Source: a virus | Taxonomy: Duplodnaviria > Caudoviricetes | Length of the DNA stretch: 64,000 nt | IMG/VR virus record: IMGVR_UViG_3300028832_000110 | Coordinates: 43,406 to 107,405 of that record | Direction: 5' to 3' (one strand) | In this document: one piece after another, positions 50,999 to 58,930 of the stretch | How positions within the stretch are numbered: position 1 is the stretch's first letter | Layout of the letters: each line of letters begins with the position of its first letter | Translations under genes and position numbers: made by a program | The notes under the pieces: generated by a model | The model's database searches: none | The model's input: only the letters and a program-made list of their open reading frames with translations | Told to the model about the DNA's origin: nothing

Positions 50999-51778
50999 AT
51001 GAGAGTAAAAATTAAATTCGACCCAGACGGCGAGTATGGTTATCCCAAAAACATAATCATCAGCGCACAACAGTTGGTAAGGGATTACATCGACCACTTA
51101 AATGAAGTCGAAGATGCAGACACCATTTCTTTCCTCAGAAAGACAGAAATAGGAAAGGCAGTTGACTTCGTGGCAGAAATGTGGGAACTTGACTACGACG
51201 TGGTTTCTACCAGAAACATTCGCAGATGCAGCGTTTGTGGCAAACTCATTTCCTCTGGCTATCTCTTTGACGGAACAGATGCGTTCTGCGACAAAGATTG
51301 TGCAACACGATTCTTTGACAATGATGAAGGATGCGTGGATATTCTTATTGACGAAGGTGAGAGATTAGTCTGGCATGATGAATTCCCACTACGCGACCAC
51401 TACCGCGTAAACATTGGACACTTTGCCACCGAATGCTTCCACCATTTCGACAACGAAGACAGAATGTTCCAATGGATTTCTGAAATGATTGGTCAGAAAG
51501 TCAGTTCGTTTGAAGATTGTGAGGAATGGACGCGCAAGCAGGATGATGAAAAAGGCAGATACATCGAGATTCTTTGCATCGACAATATTCCAGAGTTTTA
51601 CAAGCATCGCAGGGAGTACGTTCAATGCCTGCAAGATTGCGATGACCTTATGACCAAAGCTCAGAGGTTGCCATTAGGTGCAAAACGTGACTACCTCATT
51701 CGCAGGTTTGGCAAACGCTATGAAGATGCGAATTGGTATTGGGATGCCTACCCAGAAATCTGGCAGGGAGAGATTTAA
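50999..51778 (+). CDS. Hypothetical protein with zinc finger
   Basis: CSVCGK...FCDKDC; stop lies in a hairpin loop. Confidence 0.7.
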   Translation: MRVKIKFDPDGEYGYPKNIIISAQQLVRDYIDHLNEVEDADTISFLRKTEIGKAVDFVAEMWELDYDVVSTRNIRRCSVCGKLISSGYLFDGTDAFCDKDCATRFFDNDEGCVDILIDEGERLVWHDEFPLRDHYRVNIGHFATECFHHFDNEDRMFQWISEMIGQKVSSFEDCEEWTRKQDDEKGRYIEILCIDNIPEFYKHRREYVQCLQDCDDLMTKAQRLPLGAKRDYLIRRFGKRYEDANWYWDAYPEIWQGEI

Positions 51779-51824
51779 CTATCTCCCCTACCTCTATTTT
51801 ATTCACTTATTAATTCAGTTAATT

Positions 51825-51983
51825 ATGATTCAGGACTTTTCAAAAGTAAATTCCAGACCCGACCACGTTGTATGCAATAAATGTGGGAAGGAAATGTACG
51901 TTGACTATGACGTAGATGTTTGCCCGTGTTGTGGCGAAGAAGGTTATCTCATGGATATTGAGCAGGAAGTGGAAATCAATTAA
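51825..51983 (+). CDS. Small zinc-ribbon protein
   Basis: CNKC...CPCC; probable start 51825. Confidence 0.6.
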   Translation: MIQDFSKVNSRPDHVVCNKCGKEMYVDYDVDVCPCCGEEGYLMDIEQEVEIN

Positions 51984-51994
51984 AACTTACGGCT

Positions 51995-52231
51995 ATGTAT
52001 GTAGTAAAGACCAATATCCCAACTATCAAGGATGAATATCGCAAGCAGAGTTTCAGCAGGAAACGCGATGCCATGCGCACATTCACGAATATGCGTAGAT
52101 TCTGCGACAACAACGACTATGCCTACAAATTGTTCATCCGTGACCCCAAAACCCGCAGGAAGCCCATCAGAGGCACGATGCAGGTAGAAATCGGTGGATT
52201 CTTTTTCTATGTTGAACTTTATAGAGAGTAA
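51995..52231 (+). CDS. Hypothetical protein
   Basis: 78 aa. Confidence 0.6.
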   Translation: MYVVKTNIPTIKDEYRKQSFSRKRDAMRTFTNMRRFCDNNDYAYKLFIRDPKTRRKPIRGTMQVEIGGFFFYVELYRE

Positions 52232-52236
52232 TTGCT

Positions 52237-52410
52237 ATGGAAGAAAAGAAAGTTTATCTGATTGTTCAAGATGTGCCGTCTTCAACGAAGACTTTGGCGC
52301 GAGTGTTCAGTTCGCCGGAAAAGGCGCAGGAAATTGCCGAAAGCCGCGACGAAAGAACTGGAGAGAAAGTCTACCCCAACAGCCGCGTCGTTGAGCGCGT
52401 TGTGGAGTAA
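52237..52410 (+). CDS. Small hypothetical protein (57 aa)
   Basis: MEEKKVYLIV...RVFSSPEKAQE, similar to the motif in the 46985 ORF. Confidence 0.6.
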   Translation: MEEKKVYLIVQDVPSSTKTLARVFSSPEKAQEIAESRDERTGEKVYPNSRVVERVVE

Positions 52411-52473
52411 CGCTATGGATGCTCTGGCTTAACTGCCGCTGCATCCGCTATGTCTAACCAAACATTATAAATT

Positions 52474-52767
52474 ATGAACGAAGAAAGAATCGTTGAGGTT
52501 TTCGACCATGCTCAGAACCTACGCAAGAAGTCTGGCAAAAAACAGGCTTTCATTTATCTCGTTGGCTGCTATGCCGCACACACAAAGCCCAACTGCCTAT
52601 TGCGAGAATATTGGGCTGAAATGCGGAATATAGTGAACCATAATTTCGCCATGACAAACGGCGAGTACACAAGGTTTTTGTTCTACTACGAAGCATCCTG
52701 CAATATCATTGCTAAATTGTTTGGCAGGTATGCGTGGTACAACACCCTCTCTATCGACATCAATTAG
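52474..52767 (+). CDS. Hypothetical protein
   Basis: 97 aa. Confidence 0.6.
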   Translation: MNEERIVEVFDHAQNLRKKSGKKQAFIYLVGCYAAHTKPNCLLREYWAEMRNIVNHNFAMTNGEYTRFLFYYEASCNIIAKLFGRYAWYNTLSIDIN

Positions 52768-52858
52768 TCCATAATTGAATTTTAGGTGAAAGGTGTGCGG
52801 AGAATTAATTTTCTCCCACACTGCGACGATTTTGTCAGAACAATTAAAATTCAGTATT

Positions 52859-53485
52859 ATGGTTACATTAAGAGAAATCTTAGAGAATGACATGGGATGC
52901 CACAAAGCATTCAATGGCGATGGCAGTCTCAGTTATGAAGGTGTGGAAGCAGTGGAGAAAATCATTGAATTCCTCCAAGACCTCGCAAGTTGCGGTATCA
53001 TTCCAGACGTAACGGAGCAGGCACAGACTCAGTTTGACGAGATTATGAAAGTAAATCGTTCTGCCAAAGAGCAGATGATTGTCGAACTCCACGAATTCGT
53101 AACGCATGGTGATCGCAGTTTCGTGCTCAGAAATCCAGTAATGGCTAAGACTGAGGACGGACATGATTTACTTGCAAAGTATTTCAGCCGCGACATCGAC
53201 TACGCAGATATTTTCTGTGCCGACTACGAATTAGGGAATGACGATGCGACTGTCTTTGATATGCAGGATATGTCAGATGATTCAGTCAAGCAAATCTACG
53301 AAGCCATCAAGACGCAGGAGATTGAGGACGGATGGGATTGGAAGGAACACGCCACCCATGAAATCAAGAAGAAATATCCAGACGCAGAGGATTGCCATGT
53401 ATGCGATTTCGTGACGATGTATTGGAACAACCTCGACACCGACACCGCAAACCTTGAAGTCTTTGAGGACTGGATGAACAACTGA
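52859..53485 (+). CDS. Acidic hypothetical protein
   Basis: Probable start 52859; D/E-rich. Confidence 0.7.
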   Translation: MVTLREILENDMGCHKAFNGDGSLSYEGVEAVEKIIEFLQDLASCGIIPDVTEQAQTQFDEIMKVNRSAKEQMIVELHEFVTHGDRSFVLRNPVMAKTEDGHDLLAKYFSRDIDYADIFCADYELGNDDATVFDMQDMSDDSVKQIYEAIKTQEIEDGWDWKEHATHEIKKKYPDAEDCHVCDFVTMYWNNLDTDTANLEVFEDWMNN

Positions 53486-53554
53486 TTTACCTTGCAGTCA
53501 TTAAGTTGGCTGCAAAGTACGACGCTATTGTCACAACATTTAAAAATCACAATT

Positions 53555-54784
53555 ATGGAAAATTTACAGAAAGATTTAGCCATCTTCAAGGCTATGTACG
53601 GATTCGCTAACGAGTTGTTCTTTGATGCCTGCAATGCCAGTCCAAAACTGCGTGAGGAAATCAGAAAGTGCGGTAATGCCGTGAGCGTGGAGCAGCTAAC
53701 GAAAAACGGCTCAGACCTCAATATCGCATTCAACGATACCATAGTAACAATCGCGGGCGATGTCTGTCACATCGAAATCGACGGCTTTGAGTGCCAGTTC
53801 CAGATCAACCAGGTATTCGACCTGCTGAAATACTGGAAGTCATTGGCAAAGGTTAAGGGTGAGATTATGTTCGCCTACGAAGAGCAGGTGGATATGACGT
53901 TGGTAACTACCATCGGTTTTGCCTTCGACAACGCTGCCCTCGCCAAAAAACTCGCTAAGTGTACGTCAAAGGAGGAATTCAGACCCGCTTTGAACTGCGT
54001 GTTGGCAGAAGTGAATCTCGACACCGAGTTAGTCAGTTTCGTAGCTTCAGACGGACATATCATTTCCGTAATCACAACCGATGTCATTGGTGTGCATCGT
54101 AACAATCCCTACGACCATGTTCTCAGGGCATTGTTCACGGCAAAGGATTGGGAAAGAATCTGCGACTATGCTAAGAAGAATGGTAACTCCGTAGAATTTG
54201 AATTCTACTGCCGCAAGGAAATGCAGGTGCATGACACCGCCATTGCCTGCTGTGGCGACATGAAGATCAAGAGCGTGTTGCAGAGTTTCGAGGATAGCGG
54301 TAGCGGTTATCCCAACTGGCATCGTGTCATACCATTCGAGTACGACTATCAGCACCTCAGACTGACAAAGGAAGCTCAGAAGGAATTCGCCAACTATTTC
54401 AAGGCGGCGAAATCGCAGGCTTACCATGTCATCCTCAGTGCCTATGAGGGATGCAAATACCTCTATATCGACGAAACCGACGTGGACTTTGGAAAGAATA
54501 TCGAGGCTAAGTTTGAACTGGTTGAGCCTGCAACGAAAGATGTGTGCTTCGGAGCAGCTAAACACCAGATGCTCAAATTCCAGACCGAAGGAATGTGGAT
54601 CGACAACTCCAACCAAGCCATCCTCTTAGATTCAAAGGAATTCGACATCACTCTGGTCATGCCCTGCATTGACAGCGAAGGCCAAGGATATTCCATCGAC
54701 GAAGAGACTGCCGACGAGAGACGCGGATTCGTGCTCAATCCAGAGCCGGAGGTTGTGGAGAAAGAGGTTTGCGTAGCAGCCTGA
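53555..54784 (+). CDS. DNA polymerase III beta-clamp-like protein
   Basis: EFRPALNCV, VASDGHII and GYPNWHRVIP match DnaN middle-domain motifs. Confidence 0.65.
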   Translation: MENLQKDLAIFKAMYGFANELFFDACNASPKLREEIRKCGNAVSVEQLTKNGSDLNIAFNDTIVTIAGDVCHIEIDGFECQFQINQVFDLLKYWKSLAKVKGEIMFAYEEQVDMTLVTTIGFAFDNAALAKKLAKCTSKEEFRPALNCVLAEVNLDTELVSFVASDGHIISVITTDVIGVHRNNPYDHVLRALFTAKDWERICDYAKKNGNSVEFEFYCRKEMQVHDTAIACCGDMKIKSVLQSFEDSGSGYPNWHRVIPFEYDYQHLRLTKEAQKEFANYFKAAKSQAYHVILSAYEGCKYLYIDETDVDFGKNIEAKFELVEPATKDVCFGAAKHQMLKFQTEGMWIDNSNQAILLDSKEFDITLVMPCIDSEGQGYSIDEETADERRGFVLNPEPEVVEKEVCVAA

Positions 54785-54850
54785 ACTATGGGGGAAATGA
54801 GGTTAATTCCTCATTCCCTGCAAATATATCTTAAATATGCAATTAAATAT

Positions 54851-54881
54851 TTTGCACATTAAATAATAATCACTAAATTTG
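54851..54881 (+). promoter_or_regulatory. Bacteroidota promoter
   Basis: TTTG ... TAAATTTG. Confidence 0.6.
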
Positions 54882-54889
54882 CACCGATT

Positions 54890-55255
54890 ATGGAATTGAA
54901 CAAAACGACAAAACTCAAAAAGGGTGAGCGTGTTGATGTTGCGGATATGCAGCGCAACCAACGCATTATGTATTTTCCCAAGACCCAAGAGATTAGGTTA
55001 AAGGCAAGCGACATATTCTGCAAAGCCGAGCCGGACTATAAGGAATGTATCGTGCTGTCGCAGTCAAAGGCTGCAAAAGCCTATCCCGACCTATTCTTCA
55101 ATTCTTCAAAGGCATTGCCTTATGATCCCGACAACATTCAGACCACTATCAAGTTGACGAGGGAACAGGACGCATTCTGTCGCAGGCACGGAACTCTCAG
55201 CGGCTACATCAAGAGCCTTATTGACAAGGAAATGAAAAAAGAAGCAAAGAAATGA
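54890..55255 (+). CDS. Possible ribbon-helix-helix regulator
   Basis: C-terminal TTIKLT...LSGYIKSLIDKEM. Confidence 0.55.
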   Translation: MELNKTTKLKKGERVDVADMQRNQRIMYFPKTQEIRLKASDIFCKAEPDYKECIVLSQSKAAKAYPDLFFNSSKALPYDPDNIQTTIKLTREQDAFCRRHGTLSGYIKSLIDKEMKKEAKK

Positions 55256-55494
55256 CCGTATTAGATGCCATCGAAATCCCCGAACTCGACATCACCGTTA
55301 CCGAGGTTGTTGAGGACTGCTTCTATTATAAGATGGCTATGCTTGGCAGAATTTCCCATGAGCAAGGCGAACTCACGGAAAATCGCCTGAGAGGGAAGTA
55401 CGATAAAGACACATTGGAAAAAGCATTTGCCACTGCTGATAGAATGATTAACAACATTGACGAATACGGAGTGCCTTGCATATCCATGATGTAA
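55252..55494 (+). CDS. Hypothetical protein
   Basis: 80 aa. Confidence 0.6.
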   Translation: MTVLDAIEIPELDITVTEVVEDCFYYKMAMLGRISHEQGELTENRLRGKYDKDTLEKAFATADRMINNIDEYGVPCISMM

Positions 55495-55571
55495 TCTCTA
55501 TTGCTTTCACCGTCTTAACTGAGGGTGGAAGCGCAAAGCAATAGTGCTGAATTTATTAAAGTAAAGAGATT

Positions 55572-56156
55572 ATGAAGAAACCAATTATGACGTTTCCAGA
55601 ATTTGAGAGCAAATGTCAGCAGTGGTTCGACACCTATTCCAACCGCTATCACCTATCCGATTTAAGGGTATGGCGCACGGTTCCTGGGAATATCGAAGAC
55701 CGCGATGTCTGGTATTGCTTGGTGGGCGTTAGGCGTGGCGTAACACTTATTCTTTTGTACGACCATTCCGGCGAACTCGACTATCCGTTTGAAGTGATGT
55801 GCGATTGGGCGCGTAAAAGCCTCACAATGCCGTCTTCTATGCGTTGTGGATATACTACCCACATCGGAGAATATGAGACGATTACGGCGGCTTTCTGCGA
55901 CATGGCTGAAGAGCCGAGTCCATTCCTCATTTCCAACCTCAATGACAGCTACGGCATTGGCAGAGTATTGAACGATGAAGAAAAGCAAATGAATATGGGA
56001 AAGATGATTGACTTTGACCGATTATCTTTCTTGGAGTGTCTGGATAAGTTGCAGGAATGGCGTGATCATCCCAATGCCTGCGAATGGACTGGAAGAAAGA
56101 TGACCATATTCAAACATGACACCATGGCCGAAGAAATCTATGTGACACAACTCTGA
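55572..56156 (+). CDS. Hypothetical protein
   Basis: 194 aa. Confidence 0.7.
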   Translation: MKKPIMTFPEFESKCQQWFDTYSNRYHLSDLRVWRTVPGNIEDRDVWYCLVGVRRGVTLILLYDHSGELDYPFEVMCDWARKSLTMPSSMRCGYTTHIGEYETITAAFCDMAEEPSPFLISNLNDSYGIGRVLNDEEKQMNMGKMIDFDRLSFLECLDKLQEWRDHPNACEWTGRKMTIFKHDTMAEEIYVTQL

Positions 56157-56182
56157 TTTGTCTGACTAAAATAGTATAGATT

Positions 56183-56542
56183 ATGTTAAAGAACGAAGAA
56201 CAGAACGAGGGTAGGACACGTCGCCCGCAGGACGATTTGCCCTACGAGCGTAGGATGCTCTACATTATCAAGGATTATCGCCGACTAACCTCTGCGAATG
56301 AAACCCTTGAAACCTACGCCAAACAACTGGAGAAAGAGAATGAGCGACTGCGTGGCGAGAATGACCGCCTAAAACGTGAGAACGAGAACTGGAAGAAAGT
56401 CAAGCAGCCCAATGAGGGCATGGTTACGGCTATGCAGGGCTTACTCAATGAAAAGCGAGACCTCCTTACGTCTCAACGCGCTCAAATATCACTATTGCGC
56501 CGAGAACTCGACGAATACAAGAAGTTGTACGGCGAATTGTAA
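56183..56542 (+). CDS. Coiled-coil hypothetical protein
   Basis: 119 aa. Confidence 0.65.
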   Translation: MLKNEEQNEGRTRRPQDDLPYERRMLYIIKDYRRLTSANETLETYAKQLEKENERLRGENDRLKRENENWKKVKQPNEGMVTAMQGLLNEKRDLLTSQRAQISLLRRELDEYKKLYGEL

Positions 56543-56812
56543 TTCTATTGGGTTATGGCCATTAATCTTTGCCATAACTCGCAAATCATACATAATTTGA
56601 ATTTTGGTTAGACCGCCACAATTTCGTGGCAAATTCGAGTAGGTTCTATCAATTTTAGAGCTTACTCTCTATATTTTGTAAAACATTCGGAAATATTCGA
56701 GGCGACTCTAATGATTTTCTACCAAAATCGCATAAAATATCGAATGTTATTCGTATATTTGCACATTATTAGTGTTATCAGTATTTATTAAACCCTCTAA
56801 AATCAATTATTT

Positions 56813-57058
56813 ATGAACAGTTGGCAAATTGACAGAAACGATGGCCTCCTTCAGACTCTTATCGAGGTCAATGAATTGGAAGACAAGTTCGGACAACTCG
56901 ACCTCTCCGATGAAGAGAAGAACCAAGTGCAGGATTCTGTGGCGATGATGAAAGGCATCCTTACCACGAAAATCGGAGAGGACACACAACGTCAGATCGA
57001 GAAGACGTTGGCTGAAGAGCGCGAGGAAGAAAGAAAGCGCAAGGAAAAGCAGGCGTAA
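56813..57058 (+). CDS. Hypothetical protein
   Basis: 81 aa; TATATTTG promoter element at ~56754. Confidence 0.65.
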   Translation: MNSWQIDRNDGLLQTLIEVNELEDKFGQLDLSDEEKNQVQDSVAMMKGILTTKIGEDTQRQIEKTLAEEREEERKRKEKQA

Positions 57059-57144
57059 TCCAAAGGAGCAGCTAAAGCCTAATCGCTTGCTGCTTCACCA
57101 AATATCAATTTTAGTAGTAACCAAAATATCAAATTCAACAAGTT

Positions 57145-58089
57145 ATGGGAATCGAAGATTTAAGAAAGCATCTGGGCGGCAAGTACGATGACAAGGTACT
57201 GACTCAGATTTTGGAATCCCCCTTCATTGATCATAGGGGAGGTATTAGTTTTAGGGAATGGCGTAGTAGCTTCGTCGGAGCGTTCCTTTGCAAGACACCA
57301 GAGCGCATACACATCTTGAAGTATGTGGTGGCTGCATTGAATAAGGAAACGGTGCAATGGAGCGATTTCACCACCACCAACCTAACAATCATCCGGGATT
57401 ATATCAGCGACACCGTATCTGCTAATTCGGCATCGGTGTATCTGAATATCCTCAAAGCCCTTCTTAACGAGAACTGCGACAACAAAATGTTGCCGAATGC
57501 CAATTTCTCTAAGATATTGACAGTACGAAAGGAGCCGAGCCAGAACGTAGCACTCACTCCTGCCGAAATCGAACTCATTGAGAAGTATCAGCCCAAAAAC
57601 AAGCACGAAAAGGCTGTCAAGGCTCAATTCTTGTGTGAATATTATTGTGGCGCAAGAAGTTCGGATATTCAGCAGATGACTGAAGCCAACATCGTTGACG
57701 GCTATATCGTCTATGTGTCGCAGAAGACGAGGGTAGAAACCTCAGTGCCTTTGCACAAGAATTTCTTGAAGTATTTCAGGCAAAGAGGAAAGGAATACTC
57801 CAGACCCTCATACAACCGCATTATCAAGCGTATCTGTCAAGCCGTAGGCATCAACGACCCCATCAAGCTATATTATCATGGTAAGACGCAGGTGCGCCCG
57901 AAGTACGAACTCGTTGGCTCTCATACCGCACGTCGGAGTTTTGCCACAGCACTGGCTCAGAGGAATGTGCCATTGAGCACCATATCCAAACTAATGAACC
58001 ACAACGGCAACGAAACCATGACATCGCGCTATATCTGTGTCGATACGCAGAACATCGGCAGTGAGGCCATGGCGTTCTTTAATCAATAA
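57145..58089 (+). CDS. Tyrosine recombinase / integrase
   Basis: Catalytic R (GARSSD), K (SQKT), HxxR (HTARRSF), H (MNH), Y (TSRYI); 314 aa with no obvious arm-binding domain. Confidence 0.92.
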   Translation: MGIEDLRKHLGGKYDDKVLTQILESPFIDHRGGISFREWRSSFVGAFLCKTPERIHILKYVVAALNKETVQWSDFTTTNLTIIRDYISDTVSANSASVYLNILKALLNENCDNKMLPNANFSKILTVRKEPSQNVALTPAEIELIEKYQPKNKHEKAVKAQFLCEYYCGARSSDIQQMTEANIVDGYIVYVSQKTRVETSVPLHKNFLKYFRQRGKEYSRPSYNRIIKRICQAVGINDPIKLYYHGKTQVRPKYELVGSHTARRSFATALAQRNVPLSTISKLMNHNGNETMTSRYICVDTQNIGSEAMAFFNQ

Positions 58090-58154
58090 AATTTGCAGGG
58101 ATGCGATTAATTTCGTATCTTTGCACCCAAGTTTCAAATTATAAAATTTCGGTT

Positions 58155-58622
58155 ATGAGAAAGTTATTGTTTCTGGCATTACTGCCAATGCTCTTCGCCT
58201 CATGTGGAAGCGACGGCGATGACGAAGTTACAACCCCACCAGATCAGAGGACGCAGTTAGTTATCGGTAACTGGCAGGTTACTGAGGTGTGGAAGGTATG
58301 GACGGGATTAGGCTATGCCTACGAAGACCATTGGGAAAAGGTAAGTGGCGACCTCACGCTATCAATAAAGTCTGGTGGTAGTTGCAGCGTAAGCGGTGAC
58401 AGCAAGGAGAAATATACTGATAGCTTCAGCGGGGCAGTCATGGAGTTTTCAATAGATTTCCCGAAATTCAGTAATTGGGAATGGAATAGCGCAAACACCA
58501 CCAAACCCCTACGCCTTTACAATAGTTCCGCAAATATCAACTTTGAGGTGACGTTCATTTCCAACAACAACCTGCAACTGAAAAGCGGCGACATCGGATA
58601 TAAGTTCATGCGCCTGCAATAA
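58155..58622 (+). CDS. Lipoprotein (lipocalin-like)
   Basis: MRKLLFLALLPMLFASC lipobox, acidic DGDDE after Cys, LVIGNWQV motif; own promoter TATCTTTG at 58116-58123. Confidence 0.75.
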   Translation: MRKLLFLALLPMLFASCGSDGDDEVTTPPDQRTQLVIGNWQVTEVWKVWTGLGYAYEDHWEKVSGDLTLSIKSGGSCSVSGDSKEKYTDSFSGAVMEFSIDFPKFSNWEWNSANTTKPLRLYNSSANINFEVTFISNNNLQLKSGDIGYKFMRLQ

Positions 58623-58662
58623 AAAAATAGGGTACGAAGCCGTTAATTCGACTCCGCACCCC
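58621..58662 (-). terminator. Intrinsic terminator for minus-strand operon
   Basis: 13-bp stem with G-U pairs on the minus strand, followed by TATTTTTTT. Confidence 0.65.
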
Positions 58663-58684
58663 TTCATAATGAAAGGCATTTGGA

Positions 58685-58930
58685 TTAAAAGTCAAAATTC
58701 AGGGTCTGGGTAACTGGATTTCCAGTTTCCATGAATATTACGTTTGTCTTGTCAGAACGGTCTTTCGCGGCACAGTCGCCGACATATCCCCATTTCTTCG
58801 TGCAGAGCTTACTACCCTCATACGGTTCTGCTGCATAGTAACAGCCTTTGCAGTTGATGTAGTCAACGCCCATACACGTTAGTCTTACGCCATTGTCGTA
58901 AAACGTCTCTCCAATCTTTCTTTCCATCAC
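58685..58930 (-). CDS. Small Cys-rich phage protein
   Basis: CKGCYY...CAAKDRSDKTNVIF. Confidence 0.65.
   Translation of the reverse strand: MMERKIGETFYDNGVRLTCMGVDYINCKGCYYAAEPYEGSKLCTKKWGYVGDCAAKDRSDKTNVIFMETGNPVTQTLNFDF

Larger units (their letters stand above)
40542..58125 (+). repeat. Family of ~29 intergenic hairpins with conserved TTAATT-type hexaloop
   Basis: Starts: 40542, 40640, 40935, 41138, 42509, 43255, 43625, 43957, 44938, 45253, 45804, 46434, 46926, 47754, 48702, 49296, 49902, 50216, 50942, 51762, 52417, 52792, 53488, 54792, 55503, 56550, 56637, 57065, 58094. Atypical-loop hairpins at 41775, 46180, 47503. Confidence 0.9.

Noticed and set aside
57892-57900. GTGCGCCCG match to the end of the DGR variable region as a possible template repeat
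   Set aside because: Only 9 bp inside the recombinase CDS, with no extended similarity or AAC-rich pattern.
40542-58125. Hairpins as a CRISPR array or as canonical integron attC sites
   Set aside because: The repeats are not sequence-identical and are separated by whole genes. They lack paired RYYYAAC/GTTRRRY ends and are shorter than attC sites.
40542-58125. Hairpins as ordinary intrinsic terminators
   Set aside because: No U-tract follows them, the loop is conserved, and most downstream genes show no TAnnTTTG promoter to restart transcription.
58630-58661. Further TTAATT-loop hairpin as a member of the array
   Set aside because: Its mismatches are A-C on + (G-U on -) and a T-tract follows on the - strand, so it is better explained as the minus-operon terminator. 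The shared loop may still deserve a check.
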